Shown here in pieces: positions 18,901 through 29,360 of a DNA stretch of 64,000 bases (the stretch's first letter is position 1; every line of letters starts with the position of its first letter). The DNA lies in contig OY761556.1 in the NCBI GenBank assembly GCA_963664705.1, forward strand, positions 4,736,001-4,800,000. The letters are read 5' to 3'. This stretch comes from Acidobacteriota bacterium. GTDB lineage: Bacteria; Acidobacteriota; UBA6911. Below the pieces are notes generated by a model. It was given only the letters and a program-made list of their open reading frames with translations. It searched no databases and was not told the DNA's origin. The translations under genes and the position numbers were made by a program.

Positions 18901-20466
18901 ATGAAACTGTGCCATGGTCTTGTGGTGGCCTTGTTCTGTCTTCTGGTCAATGGTGCAAAAAGCAGTCTGATCTACGGCCAGGAGGTCCCTCCAAACTCTG
19001 AAATACTGGACCTCATAAGAAAGACCCAGGATTTGGCCGCACAATCGCAAGCTGAACTAAAACGCTCCCGCGAACAAAATGAACGGCTTCAGCAACTGCT
19101 GGAGCAGACAAACCAGGAATTGGTCCGCCTCCGTGAAGAGGTGAATCTATTGCGCTCCAATGCGACAACCCATCTGCCTTCACCCTATCAACTCTCCGCG
19201 AGGGCCACTGCTGCAGAACAGGCTCAGGAAAAATCAGACAATGCTGAACACGCTGATCCGGAGAAAAACCTGCGCACCCGTCTGATGCGGCTTGAGGACC
19301 AGGTCGGGCTCAATACCGCACAACTAACAGAACAGGCTCAGACAAAGGTTGAGAGCGAGTCGCGTTTCAAAGTGCGTTTGTTTGGCACGGTTCTAGACAA
19401 TACCTACTTCAACACAGCAGACACCTCCGATAGCGCTGTGCCCGCATCTGCGCCATCGCCATACGAAGCAGCCGGCCACAACCTGGGCGCCACTTTGCGT
19501 CAGACACAATTTGGCTTTTCCATGACAGGTCCGAAACTCGGCGCTGCCCGCCTGAGCGCAGATATCGACTTTGATTTCTTCGGAGGTACTTCCACAAGCT
19601 ATTCAGCAAATGTATTGGGAGCACTTCGGATGCGCACCGCTTCCGTTCGACTTGACGGACAGCGAACCTCACTGGCTCTTGGGCTCATGGCGCCATTGAT
19701 TTCCAGCCTGAACCCCACTTCCTTTGCGGCGGTCTACTACCCATCGATGGGCGAGTCCGGCAACCTCTGGCAATGGATACCCCAAATGACTGTGGAGCAC
19801 CGCATTCCTGCCGGAGAAGATCGCGATCTCATTCTTCAGGGCGGCTTGATAATGCCGTTTGGTGAGAATATCCACGGCACGACACTCAGAGGCGGCCCGG
19901 GCTATGAAACACGCCTGGCATTTTCCCGGGAAGCGGATCCGGACATGCCCTTGGAAATTGGCGTGGGAGGCTATTTTCAACCCCGCCGGCTTGGGCCGCT
20001 TCATACCGCCAATTCCTACGCCGTTACGAGCGATTGGCAGATCCCGCTGACTCGGCATATGGAGTGGAGCGGAGAGGCTTTTTATGGTCAGGGCATCAGC
20101 TTGAGCGAACAGAGCGGGACAGATATTGCCAATGCGTTTTCGTATTACGGGTCATTGAGTGATGCTTTGACCAGGGTGCGCGGCGTTCGCTCTACAGGTG
20201 GCTGGACCCAATTGAGTATTCGACCCAATGCCAAACTTGAGTTCAACACAGCCTTTGGCCTGGAAGATCCCTGGAATAGAGATATCTTTGGCGGACTCTA
20301 TCAATATGATGTGCGGCTGAAAAACGAGACTTTTTCCATAAATTCCATCTATCGATTCCGTTCCAATTTTCTAGTCTCTGCAGAGTATCGACGGTTGTGG
20401 ACCCTGTACGCCACTGCTCAAACCACAAATAATCATTTTAATCTTGCGGTCGGATATCTCTTCTAA
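18901..20466 (+). CDS. Outer-membrane porin-like protein with N-terminal coiled coil
   Basis: Signal peptide, coiled coil, beta-strand pattern, C-terminal NLAVGYLF. Confidence 0.75.
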   Translation: MKLCHGLVVALFCLLVNGAKSSLIYGQEVPPNSEILDLIRKTQDLAAQSQAELKRSREQNERLQQLLEQTNQELVRLREEVNLLRSNATTHLPSPYQLSARATAAEQAQEKSDNAEHADPEKNLRTRLMRLEDQVGLNTAQLTEQAQTKVESESRFKVRLFGTVLDNTYFNTADTSDSAVPASAPSPYEAAGHNLGATLRQTQFGFSMTGPKLGAARLSADIDFDFFGGTSTSYSANVLGALRMRTASVRLDGQRTSLALGLMAPLISSLNPTSFAAVYYPSMGESGNLWQWIPQMTVEHRIPAGEDRDLILQGGLIMPFGENIHGTTLRGGPGYETRLAFSREADPDMPLEIGVGGYFQPRRLGPLHTANSYAVTSDWQIPLTRHMEWSGEAFYGQGISLSEQSGTDIANAFSYYGSLSDALTRVRGVRSTGGWTQLSIRPNAKLEFNTAFGLEDPWNRDIFGGLYQYDVRLKNETFSINSIYRFRSNFLVSAEYRRLWTLYATAQTTNNHFNLAVGYLF

Positions 20467-20668
20467 AGGCTGGCTCGTGAAGCCCTCCTTTCCAACGCAG
20501 GGATTGCCACTATTTGAGACAGCGTTCGCCGGAGTGAATCAAAAAGAGACACCCTGGAAGCACCTCCGTCCCGCCTAATGCCCCATGCTATTTACCCAAG
20601 AAACCTGGTTGAGCGATGCCTATCGGCCCCAGCATTTGCCCAAGGAAGCCGGAGGCACCATGCTTCCC

Positions 20669-20869
20669 AGCCCTAGGGGGGGCGGCCAGAACGTAGCCGG
20701 GGGTGAGCGCTTTTTGCGAACCCCCGGATTGGATTAGTCATGTAACAAGCCCTGACGGGGCGGCAGAATGCTGACTTTCGCCCCTAGCCGGGGCTCTCTC
20801 TCCCGCTTATCGCTACCGGGGGTTCGCTGCGCTTCACCCCCGGCTGCGATCTTTCGGCCCTCCGGGCCT
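20669..20869. repeat. REP/BIME-like palindromic intergenic element (inverted doublet)
   Basis: CCGGGGGTGAGCG..CGAACCCCCGG (20697) and its inverse CCGGGGGTTCGC..CACCCCCGG (20816); AGCCC-N-GGGGCGGCAGA units. Confidence 0.75.
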
Positions 20870-21073
20870 GGTGTTTCACTCGCGTCGCAGAGCATAGAAA
20901 AATTGGCATGTGGCATCAGGCATCTCGCCGGCAAGGGGCGTGGCTACTTGCATAGCGCTGATGCCGCCGGGACGGCGGTGTTCCCAGTGGAATGGGAATT
21001 GCAGAAACAGTCGTTGCAATGGTGAGGAACCAAGGCAGTTGTAAATCTGAGCCTTTTGAAATTGGAGGTAGAT

Positions 21074-22165
21074 ATGGGAAAGACCGCGTTTTTTTCGTTG
21101 CTTCTGATAATCGCGCTTGCGGGTCCGCTTGCAGCGCAAACCGGATTCAACGGCCTCGCTATCGATGGCAATCTGATTTTTCCCCAAATAGCCGTCGGCG
21201 GAGGGTACACGACCGATGTTTTCCTGATGAATCCCGGAAGCGTAACCGATGCTTCCGGAGTCCTGTATTTTTTTGACAGCCAGGGCGCTGCATTAGCGCT
21301 TCAATCGAATGGATCCCCCGTAACGCAAATTTCTGTAACCATTCCCAGGGGTTCCATCCAAAAAATCACCCTGACCATCTCCCCGGATGTGTTGACAGTC
21401 GGTTGGGCTATGTTTGTAACCAATCCCGGAACGCCGGACCCTCTCCCTGAGGTTTTTGGATCTGTGGTCTACACGGCTGTCTCCGGTACAACTCTGTTGA
21501 CCCAGACGGGCGTCCTGGGGATGCGGTATTCTACCGGGAATTTTAGAGAGGTATCGATACCGATACAGGTGGTGAATGATCTGAGCACGGGAATTGCCGT
21601 AGTCAATGCCGGTTCATCTCCGCTGAATATTACCTTTCAACTGAAGGACGCCGGCGGAAACGTTGTGAGCAACGATACGCCGCTGCCTATTTCGCCACTG
21701 CCGCCCGGGGCACATATAGCCAAATACATTACGGAGATCTTCCCGAACGTCACCTTGAGCAACTTCCTGGGAACGCTCAACCTGATAACGGACGGAGAGG
21801 GTATGGTACCCCTGGCACTGATCCTGAACGGCCCTGTTGTCTCAACGATTCCGATCATCAACGTACCCGTCAGTACTGTTACGGTTCCGCCTCAGACTGT
21901 CACCGTTTCTTCTCCCGGATTTTCCTTTTCACCGGCATCGGTCACCATCCGCGCCGGCGATACGGTCAATTTTGTCCTGGCAGGTATCCATGATGCGGTT
22001 GAAGTCAGCAAGGCTACCTGGGATGCAAACGGAAACGCTTCCAACGGCGGCTTCAGAATTCCATTCGGGGGCGGCTCCCATACGTTCACCCAGCCGGGAA
22101 CCTATTACTATGTGTGTGAGCCCCACGCATCCATGGGGATGAAAGGTACCATCATCGTGAATTAG
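21074..22165 (+). CDS. Secreted protein with C-terminal plastocyanin/azurin-type copper domain
   Basis: GGAGG RBS, signal peptide; HDAV ... YYYVCEPHASMGMKGTI. Confidence 0.85.
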   Translation: MGKTAFFSLLLIIALAGPLAAQTGFNGLAIDGNLIFPQIAVGGGYTTDVFLMNPGSVTDASGVLYFFDSQGAALALQSNGSPVTQISVTIPRGSIQKITLTISPDVLTVGWAMFVTNPGTPDPLPEVFGSVVYTAVSGTTLLTQTGVLGMRYSTGNFREVSIPIQVVNDLSTGIAVVNAGSSPLNITFQLKDAGGNVVSNDTPLPISPLPPGAHIAKYITEIFPNVTLSNFLGTLNLITDGEGMVPLALILNGPVVSTIPIINVPVSTVTVPPQTVTVSSPGFSFSPASVTIRAGDTVNFVLAGIHDAVEVSKATWDANGNASNGGFRIPFGGGSHTFTQPGTYYYVCEPHASMGMKGTIIVN

Positions 22166-22475
22166 CCTCGGATCAGGAGCATCGCGATCTATAAGGGCCA
22201 TGGAGTTGCGACCTGTGAAATACCAAAACATGAGAACCAAGAGGTCCATTCAACCAATGATGTCTATCAGCCTGTCCCTCCGGATGATGAACAACCTCGC
22301 CCACGATGAAGCAAATCAGGGTAGAACACTGATTTTCGCGGAGATAAGATTTATCTACGTTGAGCCCGGAGGTGCGACGGCTTCCGGGCTTCTGCTTCAT
22401 CGCCTGTTTCTGGAATTCTCGAGTTACCTAGCTGTCAATTGTTTTAGACCATCAGGTTCACTGGGAGACCTTCTC

Positions 22476-23444
22476 ATGAAGCTTCGAATAAAGACAAATC
22501 TGGCCCTTTGTTTTGTAGCTGCTTCTTTTTGTCTGGCTTTTGGCGCAGATGAACAAAAACCTTCTGTGGCTATGACCACCACCGCAAATCAGGCTCCTTC
22601 ACCTCAAACAAAATCAGCCCCGCAGGCCGAGCGGCAGGATAGTCCGGTGGAAAAGGTGGAAAAAATTGAGGCCGTAGGCAAAGAGCTGCAATGGGACTCC
22701 CCTGATTTCCCGCGCATCGATCGCGTGGTAAATATTCAAACCGCCAGCACCACGCGACGACATGCCTTCCTCTTTACCATAGATCACAGAGCCTGGCAGA
22801 CCTTTACCGATCATCCAATGGGAGATCTCATGGGATTCGACGTCGGGGCCATGAAAATCGGCCTTGGCTTACGCTTTGGCCTCTTCGACCGTTTCGATGT
22901 TGGTCTCCTGCGACTCAATGGAACTCTTGCCGATTACAATATCGATACCTACGATTTCGACGGAAAGTACCACCTGCTGCGCCAGGCAACGCATCATGTG
23001 GACGTGGCCGTCCGCGGCGGAGTGACGTGGTTCAACGTGGCCGGTTTGCCTGATCGAAGCGCCTTTTTCACTCAATTGCTGGTAAACAGGGAATTGAGTG
23101 GAAGAGTCCGCATCGGTTCCGGCGTGCTCTATCACTCGGACTCTTATAACGACACTAAATTATCATCTGACCCAAAACACTCGGCGGCAATTCCGGCAAC
23201 GGTTGAGGTCCGAGTATTGCCCTGGCTGGCTCTCAATGGTGAAGTAGCCGCCACTGTGAGCGGATATGGATCTGATTTCCCGGCGTTTTCAGCGTCGGCA
23301 AAAATGCTGACTCGCCGGCATACATTTTCTTTGGTTTTCTCAAACACTCAATATCTCGGGCCGGGTGGTATTGCGACCGGATCCGCACGGGGTGCCGGAG
23401 GCCTTATCTTTGGATTTACCATCGTCCGCGAATTGCCCTTGTAG
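22476..23444 (+). CDS. Putative outer-membrane beta-barrel protein (DUF5777-like)
   Basis: Start moved to MKLRIK (GGGAG RBS); signal peptide; IDHR..GFD..IGLGLRFG and HTFSLVFSNTQ patterns. Confidence 0.7.
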   Translation: MKLRIKTNLALCFVAASFCLAFGADEQKPSVAMTTTANQAPSPQTKSAPQAERQDSPVEKVEKIEAVGKELQWDSPDFPRIDRVVNIQTASTTRRHAFLFTIDHRAWQTFTDHPMGDLMGFDVGAMKIGLGLRFGLFDRFDVGLLRLNGTLADYNIDTYDFDGKYHLLRQATHHVDVAVRGGVTWFNVAGLPDRSAFFTQLLVNRELSGRVRIGSGVLYHSDSYNDTKLSSDPKHSAAIPATVEVRVLPWLALNGEVAATVSGYGSDFPAFSASAKMLTRRHTFSLVFSNTQYLGPGGIATGSARGAGGLIFGFTIVRELPL

Positions 23445-23509
23445 ATGCAAGCCGGACCCGAAGTGCGCCGAGTCTTCCCAAAGACCGGGTAATGATGCCG
23501 AGGTGAAAC

Positions 23510-23905
23510 ATGCTCAATCGTCGCAAATGGTTAAGAATCTGTGGACAGGGAATTGCCGTGTTCTTAATGCCGGCTTCCCTTCTTTTTGGCAAAAGGATGT
23601 CGATTGATCTGGATCAGGTTCCGAAGCTGAAGGAAATCGGCGGCCAGATCACAATCAAGCTGATGAACGAAGACCTGCTCTTCATTCGTGATTCCGAAAG
23701 AACAGTTCGAATCCTTAGTGCGCGCTGCACACACAAAGGATGCATCGTGAAATACAGTGAAAGAAACAACCGAATTGAATGCCCCTGCCATGGGTCACAG
23801 TACGATTTGAATGGAAATGTTCTAAAGGGTCCTGCTATGAGGTCGCTTGCCACCCATGCGGGAGCAATCGAGGGAAATCAGATTCTCGTGGAATTCCCCG
23901 GCTAG
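23510..23905 (+). CDS. Tat-exported Rieske [2Fe-2S] protein
   Basis: NRRKWL twin-arginine; CTHKGC and CPCHGSQYD. Confidence 0.92.
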   Translation: MLNRRKWLRICGQGIAVFLMPASLLFGKRMSIDLDQVPKLKEIGGQITIKLMNEDLLFIRDSERTVRILSARCTHKGCIVKYSERNNRIECPCHGSQYDLNGNVLKGPAMRSLATHAGAIEGNQILVEFPG

Positions 23906-24207
23906 AGATCCAGGCTTTCACAGTGCCGGCAACAAAAATGGGCAATCAAGACAAAGCGCTCTGCATGCTTTTACCAAAGGACTAGTAGGCAGTTTCGATC
24001 CTATGTAAGGAGATAGGCCCCGCAAATTCACTTTCCCCCTTGCCCAGGATTGCCGTTGGCAACCATAATTAGAGGGTTCATATGATTTGCGAGTAGTGAC
24101 TAGGGTAATGTCCTCATCCGGTTTGGTTCTGCAAGACTTCGTTGCGGCTGCCCGGCAATAGACAATCCCGACATCATGGTTTTGCCTCCAGGAAACAGGG
24201 CGCACCT

Positions 24208-27147
24208 ATGCCTTCGAAGACCGCATCACAACGGGATCTGCTGCAAACCGTCCGGGAACTAAAACTCCGCCTGGAAAAGACGGAGAGTTTGCTCACACAA
24301 ACAGATTCTCCAATGGCAAATTTGGGTTCCGCCTCCGATCCGGGAGAGCTTTCGGCTCTCGTCGATGTCCTTCAGGATGAGGTCTGCAGTGTTGAAGAAA
24401 ACGCCGCTTTGAAAAGCAGCGCGATCAGAAATCCGGCGGAGGCTGCTAGAAGACAGGCCGAAGAGGCGCTGCGGCTCTCCGAGGAAAAATTTGCCAAGGC
24501 TTTCTCGTCGAATCCGGCAGCTATTGCCATCAGTCGTCTCAGCGATGGGGTCATTCTCGACATAAACGAGACCTGCCAGTCAATGTTCGGATACCGTCGA
24601 GAGGAAGTTGTCGGTCGATCAACCAGGGAATTGAAGTTCTGGCTTTCCCCCGATCGACCTCAACTTCTCAATGAGCTGTCGACGAAGGGCTTTGTTCGCA
24701 ATCGTGAACAGAAGCTTCTCCGGAAATCAGGGGAAATTTTCACGGCGCTCGTGTCGGCGGACGTTCTGGTCGTTTCAGGCGAAAAGCTGATTCTGTCAAC
24801 CTGGCTGGACATCACCGAACTCAAGCTTACGGAAGATGCACTCCGTGAAAGTGAAGCCCGCCTGCGTCTCTTCATTGAACATGCCCCGGCGGCTTTGGCC
24901 ATGTTTGATCGAGAGATGCGCTATCTGAGTGCCAGCCACCGCTGGCTGAGTGACTATGGACTGGAAGGCCGTGATCTGACCGGCCTGTTTCACTATGAAG
25001 TATTTCCGAAGATACCGGCAGGCTGGAAACAGGCCCATGCGCGCGGGCTGTCGGGCGAGGTAGTCCGCACCGAAGAAGATCCATTTGAAAGGGCCGATGG
25101 ATCCCTGCAATGGCTTCGCTGGGAAATTCACCCCTGGCACGACGCATCGGGCGACGTCGCAGGCATCGTGATCTTCACGGAGGATATTACCGAACGCAAG
25201 CTTGCCGCCGAGGCATTGCGGAAAAGTGAAGAGAGATTCCGGGTCATGTTTGAAGGCCATGGAGCCGTGATGATGCTGATTGAGCCGGAGACGGGCGCTA
25301 TCATTGATGCAAACGCTGCGGCGGCGAATTTCTATGGCTATACGAGCCAACAATTGCGCTCCATGCACATCGAACAGATCAATCAACTCTCGCCCGGGCA
25401 GGTAGCGGCAGAGCGCCGAAATGCGGTCGATCTCGATAGGAATCAATTTGTTTTTCCTCATCGGCTGGCCGATTCGCAGATTCGGTGGGTCGAAGTGCAT
25501 TCTTCGCCGGTGATAATTCAAGACCGGCCCATGCTCTTTTCGGTAATCCATGATATTACCGCACGGCGTCAGGCCGAAGCGGCGCTGTATCTGCTAAATG
25601 CCGAGCTGGAACAGCGGGTCATTGAACGAACCACGGAACTGGCCAAGGCTGCCGACAAGGTGCGTGCGGAGCGAAAACGCTTTCTTGACGTGCTGGAAAC
25701 TTTACCCGTCGTCATCTGCCTTATCCGGCCGGATTATCGCCTGGAATTTGTAAACCGCGCATACCGCGATGCGCTCGGACATAATCAGGGGCTGCTCTGT
25801 CACAAAAGCCAGTTCGATCGGGACACGCCATGCGCGGAATGCCAGGCATTTATGCCGCTGGAAACAGGCCAGCCGCATAAATGGGAATGGGCGCTTCCAA
25901 ACGGCAGGATATTCGAAATCCACAATTTCCCCTTCGCCGACATTGATGGCGCGCCGATGATCCTCGAGATGGATGTGGATATCACAGAGCGCAGAACGGC
26001 CGAAAAAAAACTGCTTCATGCCCACGAAGAACTGGAAGCGCGAGCGGCTCAGTTGAGACAGCTCGCCGCCGAATTGACGCTGGCCGAGCAGCGAGAGCGG
26101 AAACGGCTCGCGCTGGTATTGCACGACGGCCTTCAGCAAATGCTGGTCGCCGCCAAGATACAGGTTGCCTTAATAGGTCGCAGCAAGGATATCCCTAGAA
26201 CTGCCGCTGATATTACCAACCTGATTGATGATTGCATCCAGACTTCCAGGTCATTGACGGCCGAGCTCAGCCCGCCGATTCTTCATCAAGGAGGGCTGGT
26301 TCCCGGATTGGAATGGCTGGTCCAATGGATGTTTGACAAGCATGGGCTTTCCGTCGAACTGACCACGCAGGGACAAACCAGGACGTTGCCTGAGGAAATC
26401 ACGATTCTCCTTTTTCAATCCGTCCGGGAATTACTCTTCAACATCGTAAAGCATGCCGGAATCCGCACGGCCCGAGTCGGGGTGGCTTATCACCAGGGAC
26501 GAATCCAGGTTGAAGTGGCCGACGAGGGTTCGGGATTCGATTCCATGCGGCTTGGCAATCGCACATCGCATGAAGGATCGGGAATGGGACTGTTCAGCAT
26601 CAGGGAACGGTTGGGATACCTCGGCGGAACCATGGAAATTGACGCTGCTCCGGGAAAAGGGACCAGGCTTCAACTGGTAATTCCGGCCATCGGCACCGCC
26701 GGCGCCATCCCTGAGCCCGGCACCGGACCCAGAACCTCGGTGGCCACTACCTGGGCGGAGGTGGATAAAGGCGATTCAACGAAGATTCGCGTCGTTCTGG
26801 TGGACGATCACCTCGTTATGCGCCAGGGATTGGCCAGCCTCCTCAGCATTGAATCGGATATTTTGGTCGTGGGCGAAGCCTCCGACGGGAAATCCGCCAT
26901 CGATCTTGTTTTGAATACAAGACCGGCTGTCGTTCTGATGGATATCAGCATGTCCGGAATAGATGGCGTGGAGGCCACGAAGAGGATTCGCGAAAAAATG
27001 CCGGAAGTCAAAATTATCGGACTCTCTATGTTTCAGGAAGGAGAGCAGGCCTCGGCCATTCTTGAAGCCGGCGCCATTGCCTATCTCGCAAAATCAGGAC
27101 CTTCCACCGCGGTCATAGAAGCGATACGCAATTGCATGCGTCCATAG
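24208..27147 (+). CDS. Cytoplasmic multi-PAS hybrid histidine kinase (HisKA_3-HATPase-REC)
   Basis: About 4 PAS domains ending DITE/DITA; LHDGLQQ; NIVKHA; DEGSGF; NarL-type REC; start ATG 24208 or earlier. Confidence 0.92.
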   Translation: MPSKTASQRDLLQTVRELKLRLEKTESLLTQTDSPMANLGSASDPGELSALVDVLQDEVCSVEENAALKSSAIRNPAEAARRQAEEALRLSEEKFAKAFSSNPAAIAISRLSDGVILDINETCQSMFGYRREEVVGRSTRELKFWLSPDRPQLLNELSTKGFVRNREQKLLRKSGEIFTALVSADVLVVSGEKLILSTWLDITELKLTEDALRESEARLRLFIEHAPAALAMFDREMRYLSASHRWLSDYGLEGRDLTGLFHYEVFPKIPAGWKQAHARGLSGEVVRTEEDPFERADGSLQWLRWEIHPWHDASGDVAGIVIFTEDITERKLAAEALRKSEERFRVMFEGHGAVMMLIEPETGAIIDANAAAANFYGYTSQQLRSMHIEQINQLSPGQVAAERRNAVDLDRNQFVFPHRLADSQIRWVEVHSSPVIIQDRPMLFSVIHDITARRQAEAALYLLNAELEQRVIERTTELAKAADKVRAERKRFLDVLETLPVVICLIRPDYRLEFVNRAYRDALGHNQGLLCHKSQFDRDTPCAECQAFMPLETGQPHKWEWALPNGRIFEIHNFPFADIDGAPMILEMDVDITERRTAEKKLLHAHEELEARAAQLRQLAAELTLAEQRERKRLALVLHDGLQQMLVAAKIQVALIGRSKDIPRTAADITNLIDDCIQTSRSLTAELSPPILHQGGLVPGLEWLVQWMFDKHGLSVELTTQGQTRTLPEEITILLFQSVRELLFNIVKHAGIRTARVGVAYHQGRIQVEVADEGSGFDSMRLGNRTSHEGSGMGLFSIRERLGYLGGTMEIDAAPGKGTRLQLVIPAIGTAGAIPEPGTGPRTSVATTWAEVDKGDSTKIRVVLVDDHLVMRQGLASLLSIESDILVVGEASDGKSAIDLVLNTRPAVVLMDISMSGIDGVEATKRIREKMPEVKIIGLSMFQEGEQASAILEAGAIAYLAKSGPSTAVIEAIRNCMRP

Positions 27148-27529
27148 GTTGGAATACATTCTCCCGCCCTCTCTTCCCTTTTTTGTTGACCCGGTGCCAA
27201 CTGTCGATTTAAATTGTCTATACTGAGATATGTGGTTTCGTATAGGATATCTCGTTAGGAGATGATCCAAACGGGTAAGTTGTCTCAAGGATGAGCAATC
27301 AATTCCCCGGTGTCCCAATGACGTAATTTGGTGACTAATTTTGCAAAGCCAAAATACTGTTATTTCTGATTCAGGAATGTCAGTGGGAGAGCGGCTCCAA
27401 CCGGGGTGGGGTTAGAAGCAAGATATAGGTTGCCGTACGGTTTGGAACATTTTTGTAGAAACAGGTGATCTGCCTCTACGGCAAAAAGATCAAGGCCGCA
27501 AATTCAGTTCTTTTGAGGAGGCGAATTTC

Positions 27530-29347
27530 ATGAGAGCCAGGAAGGTTTGCTTTTTGGTCATTGTTCTGATCGCGGCACTCGCCGCATCGAGTGTGCAGGC
27601 GCAGCAGAAAGCAAAAGCTGCCGTAAAGCCTGCGGTAGAAAAAATTGTCGTGATGAATCCCCGCGGCATACAGCCTGAAATCCGCAAGATTCCCATGGCA
27701 AAGCGTCCGGATACGCTCAATGGCAAGACGGTCTATGTCGTGGATATCAAATATGCGAATACCCGGCCGTTCGTCAATGAACTGATGGCCGCACTGAAGG
27801 CGAAATATCCAAGCACCACCTGGGTGCTGAAGGAAAAACTTGGAATGTACATGGATGATGATCCGAATCTCTGGAAGGAGATAAAGGAAAAGGCATCCGG
27901 AGCCATCGTCCTGGTGGGGCATTGAAGCAGCTGCTCGCCGGCAGTTGTCGGCCATGCAGTGACGCTGGAAAGAATGGGCATCCCCGCAGTACCGATGATC
28001 ACAGCCAGATTCCAGGAGCTTGTGACCACCATCTCCTATAAAAAAGGGATCCCGAACATGCGGATCACCTATACGCCTCATCCCATCACGGACAGACCGG
28101 CCGAGCTTTGCCGGCAGTACGTGCAGGGGAAAGATCCGAACAGCGGCCAGCCGATGCTGGAACAAATCTATGGAGCGCTGACCAAGCCTCTGTCGGTGGA
28201 AGACGCCAAGGCCGGCTTCCTCAAGAGAGATGCGCGCCCGAGGCTGTTGCCCCCGGACACGCCGGAAAACCTGCTGGAATACTTCCACGAACACATCTTC
28301 ACCGATGGCAACCCGATCATTCTCCCGACCGAACAGAAGGTGGCGGAAATGCTGAAAGCCACCAGCCGCAAGCCGGATGAATGGGTCGGACAGATGCGTC
28401 CCTCTCCTCCCCATGAAGCCTGGTACTACACGGTGGAAATGGTCGCCGTGAATGCCGTCATGGCGGGAGCCAAACCGGAATACTTCCCCACGATCCTGGC
28501 GATTGCCTCCAAGGGTTTGACCTCGATGTTCAGTTCGACTTCGTCGTTTGCCCGCATGGTCGTCGTCAACGGCCCGGTGGTGAAGGAAATCGGCATGAAC
28601 ACCAGCATCGGAGCGCTGGGTCCGAACAACCGTGCCAACTCCTCCATCGGCCGCTGCTGGACGCTGATCTCCAAGAACCTCGGCGGATCCGGGAAACCGG
28701 GAGAAACCTACCTGGGCAGCCAGGGGAACCAGTTGAACTACAACAACCTCTGCTTCCCGGAAACGGAAGAAGGGTTGCCGGCAGGATGGAATCCGTTGTC
28801 GGTACAGAAGGGTTTCAAGAAGTCCGACAGCGTGGTCAGCCTGTTCAGCGGCTGGAGCTTCAACGATATCGCCTGGTACTCGCCGCTGCCGCAGCATGAA
28901 GTCATCCGCGGCTGGCTGGAGCATTTCTTTTCGTACGGTACCAGCCAGGCGACTCTCGTTCTCGACCCCATCGTCGCGGCTGACGTGGCGAACATCGGCG
29001 GTTTCTCAACGAAGGAAGCCTTCTCCAAGTGGCTGGCGGAAAAAACAGGAACACCCGGCTGGCTGTACTGGTCAACACACCAGAGAGAGCTGAAGCAGGC
29101 ACAGGATGGAGTAGAACCCTACGCGGGCTGGCTGAAGCAGGGACAGGGTGCGGTAATCCCGGTTTCCCGCTATAACAGGGCTCAGGGCGTTGCCAGGTAT
29201 TCCTCCCGCTCTTCTTTCATTACGCAAAGCGGCAGTGATGCCACCAGTTCGGTTGAAATTGTGGTTACCGGCGGCGGAACGAACACCTTCTGGTCGGGCG
29301 GCGACTTTGGCTATGCGGGCAGCGCGTCCGTGGATCAATGGAGATAG
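27530..29347 (+). CDS. Exported UGSC-like selenoprotein (605 aa, Sec132 in U-S-S-C), fused to its usual partner domain
   Basis: ORFs 27530..27925 and 27959..29347 are in the same frame, separated only by TGA 27923-27925: ...IVLVGH-U-SSCSPAVVGHAVTLERMGIP...; hairpin downstream; TDGNPIILPT and AVNAVMAGA motifs. Confidence 0.85.
27931..27959 (+). promoter_or_regulatory. Putative bacterial SECIS element
   Basis: CTGC-tc-GCCGGC-AGTT-GTCGGC-cat-GCAG; G-containing apical loop begins 18 nt after the UGA. Confidence 0.65.
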
Positions 29348-29360
29348 GAGGAACGATCAC

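Noticed and set aside
20600-20662. Minus-strand GASGFLG Rossmann-like remnant
   Set aside because: Too short, with no supporting flanking similarity; probably chance
20905-20955. Sigma-54 promoter upstream of the cupredoxin-fusion gene
   Set aside because: GG and GC are 11 nt apart rather than the required 10; same problem at 27330-27344
27476-28924. 482-aa minus-strand ORF
   Set aside because: Antisense shadow of the selenoprotein gene; no recognisable motifs
27959-29347. Independent gene starting at GTG 27959
   Set aside because: No clear RBS; the upstream in-frame codons complete a U-x-x-C motif, so read-through is the better explanation
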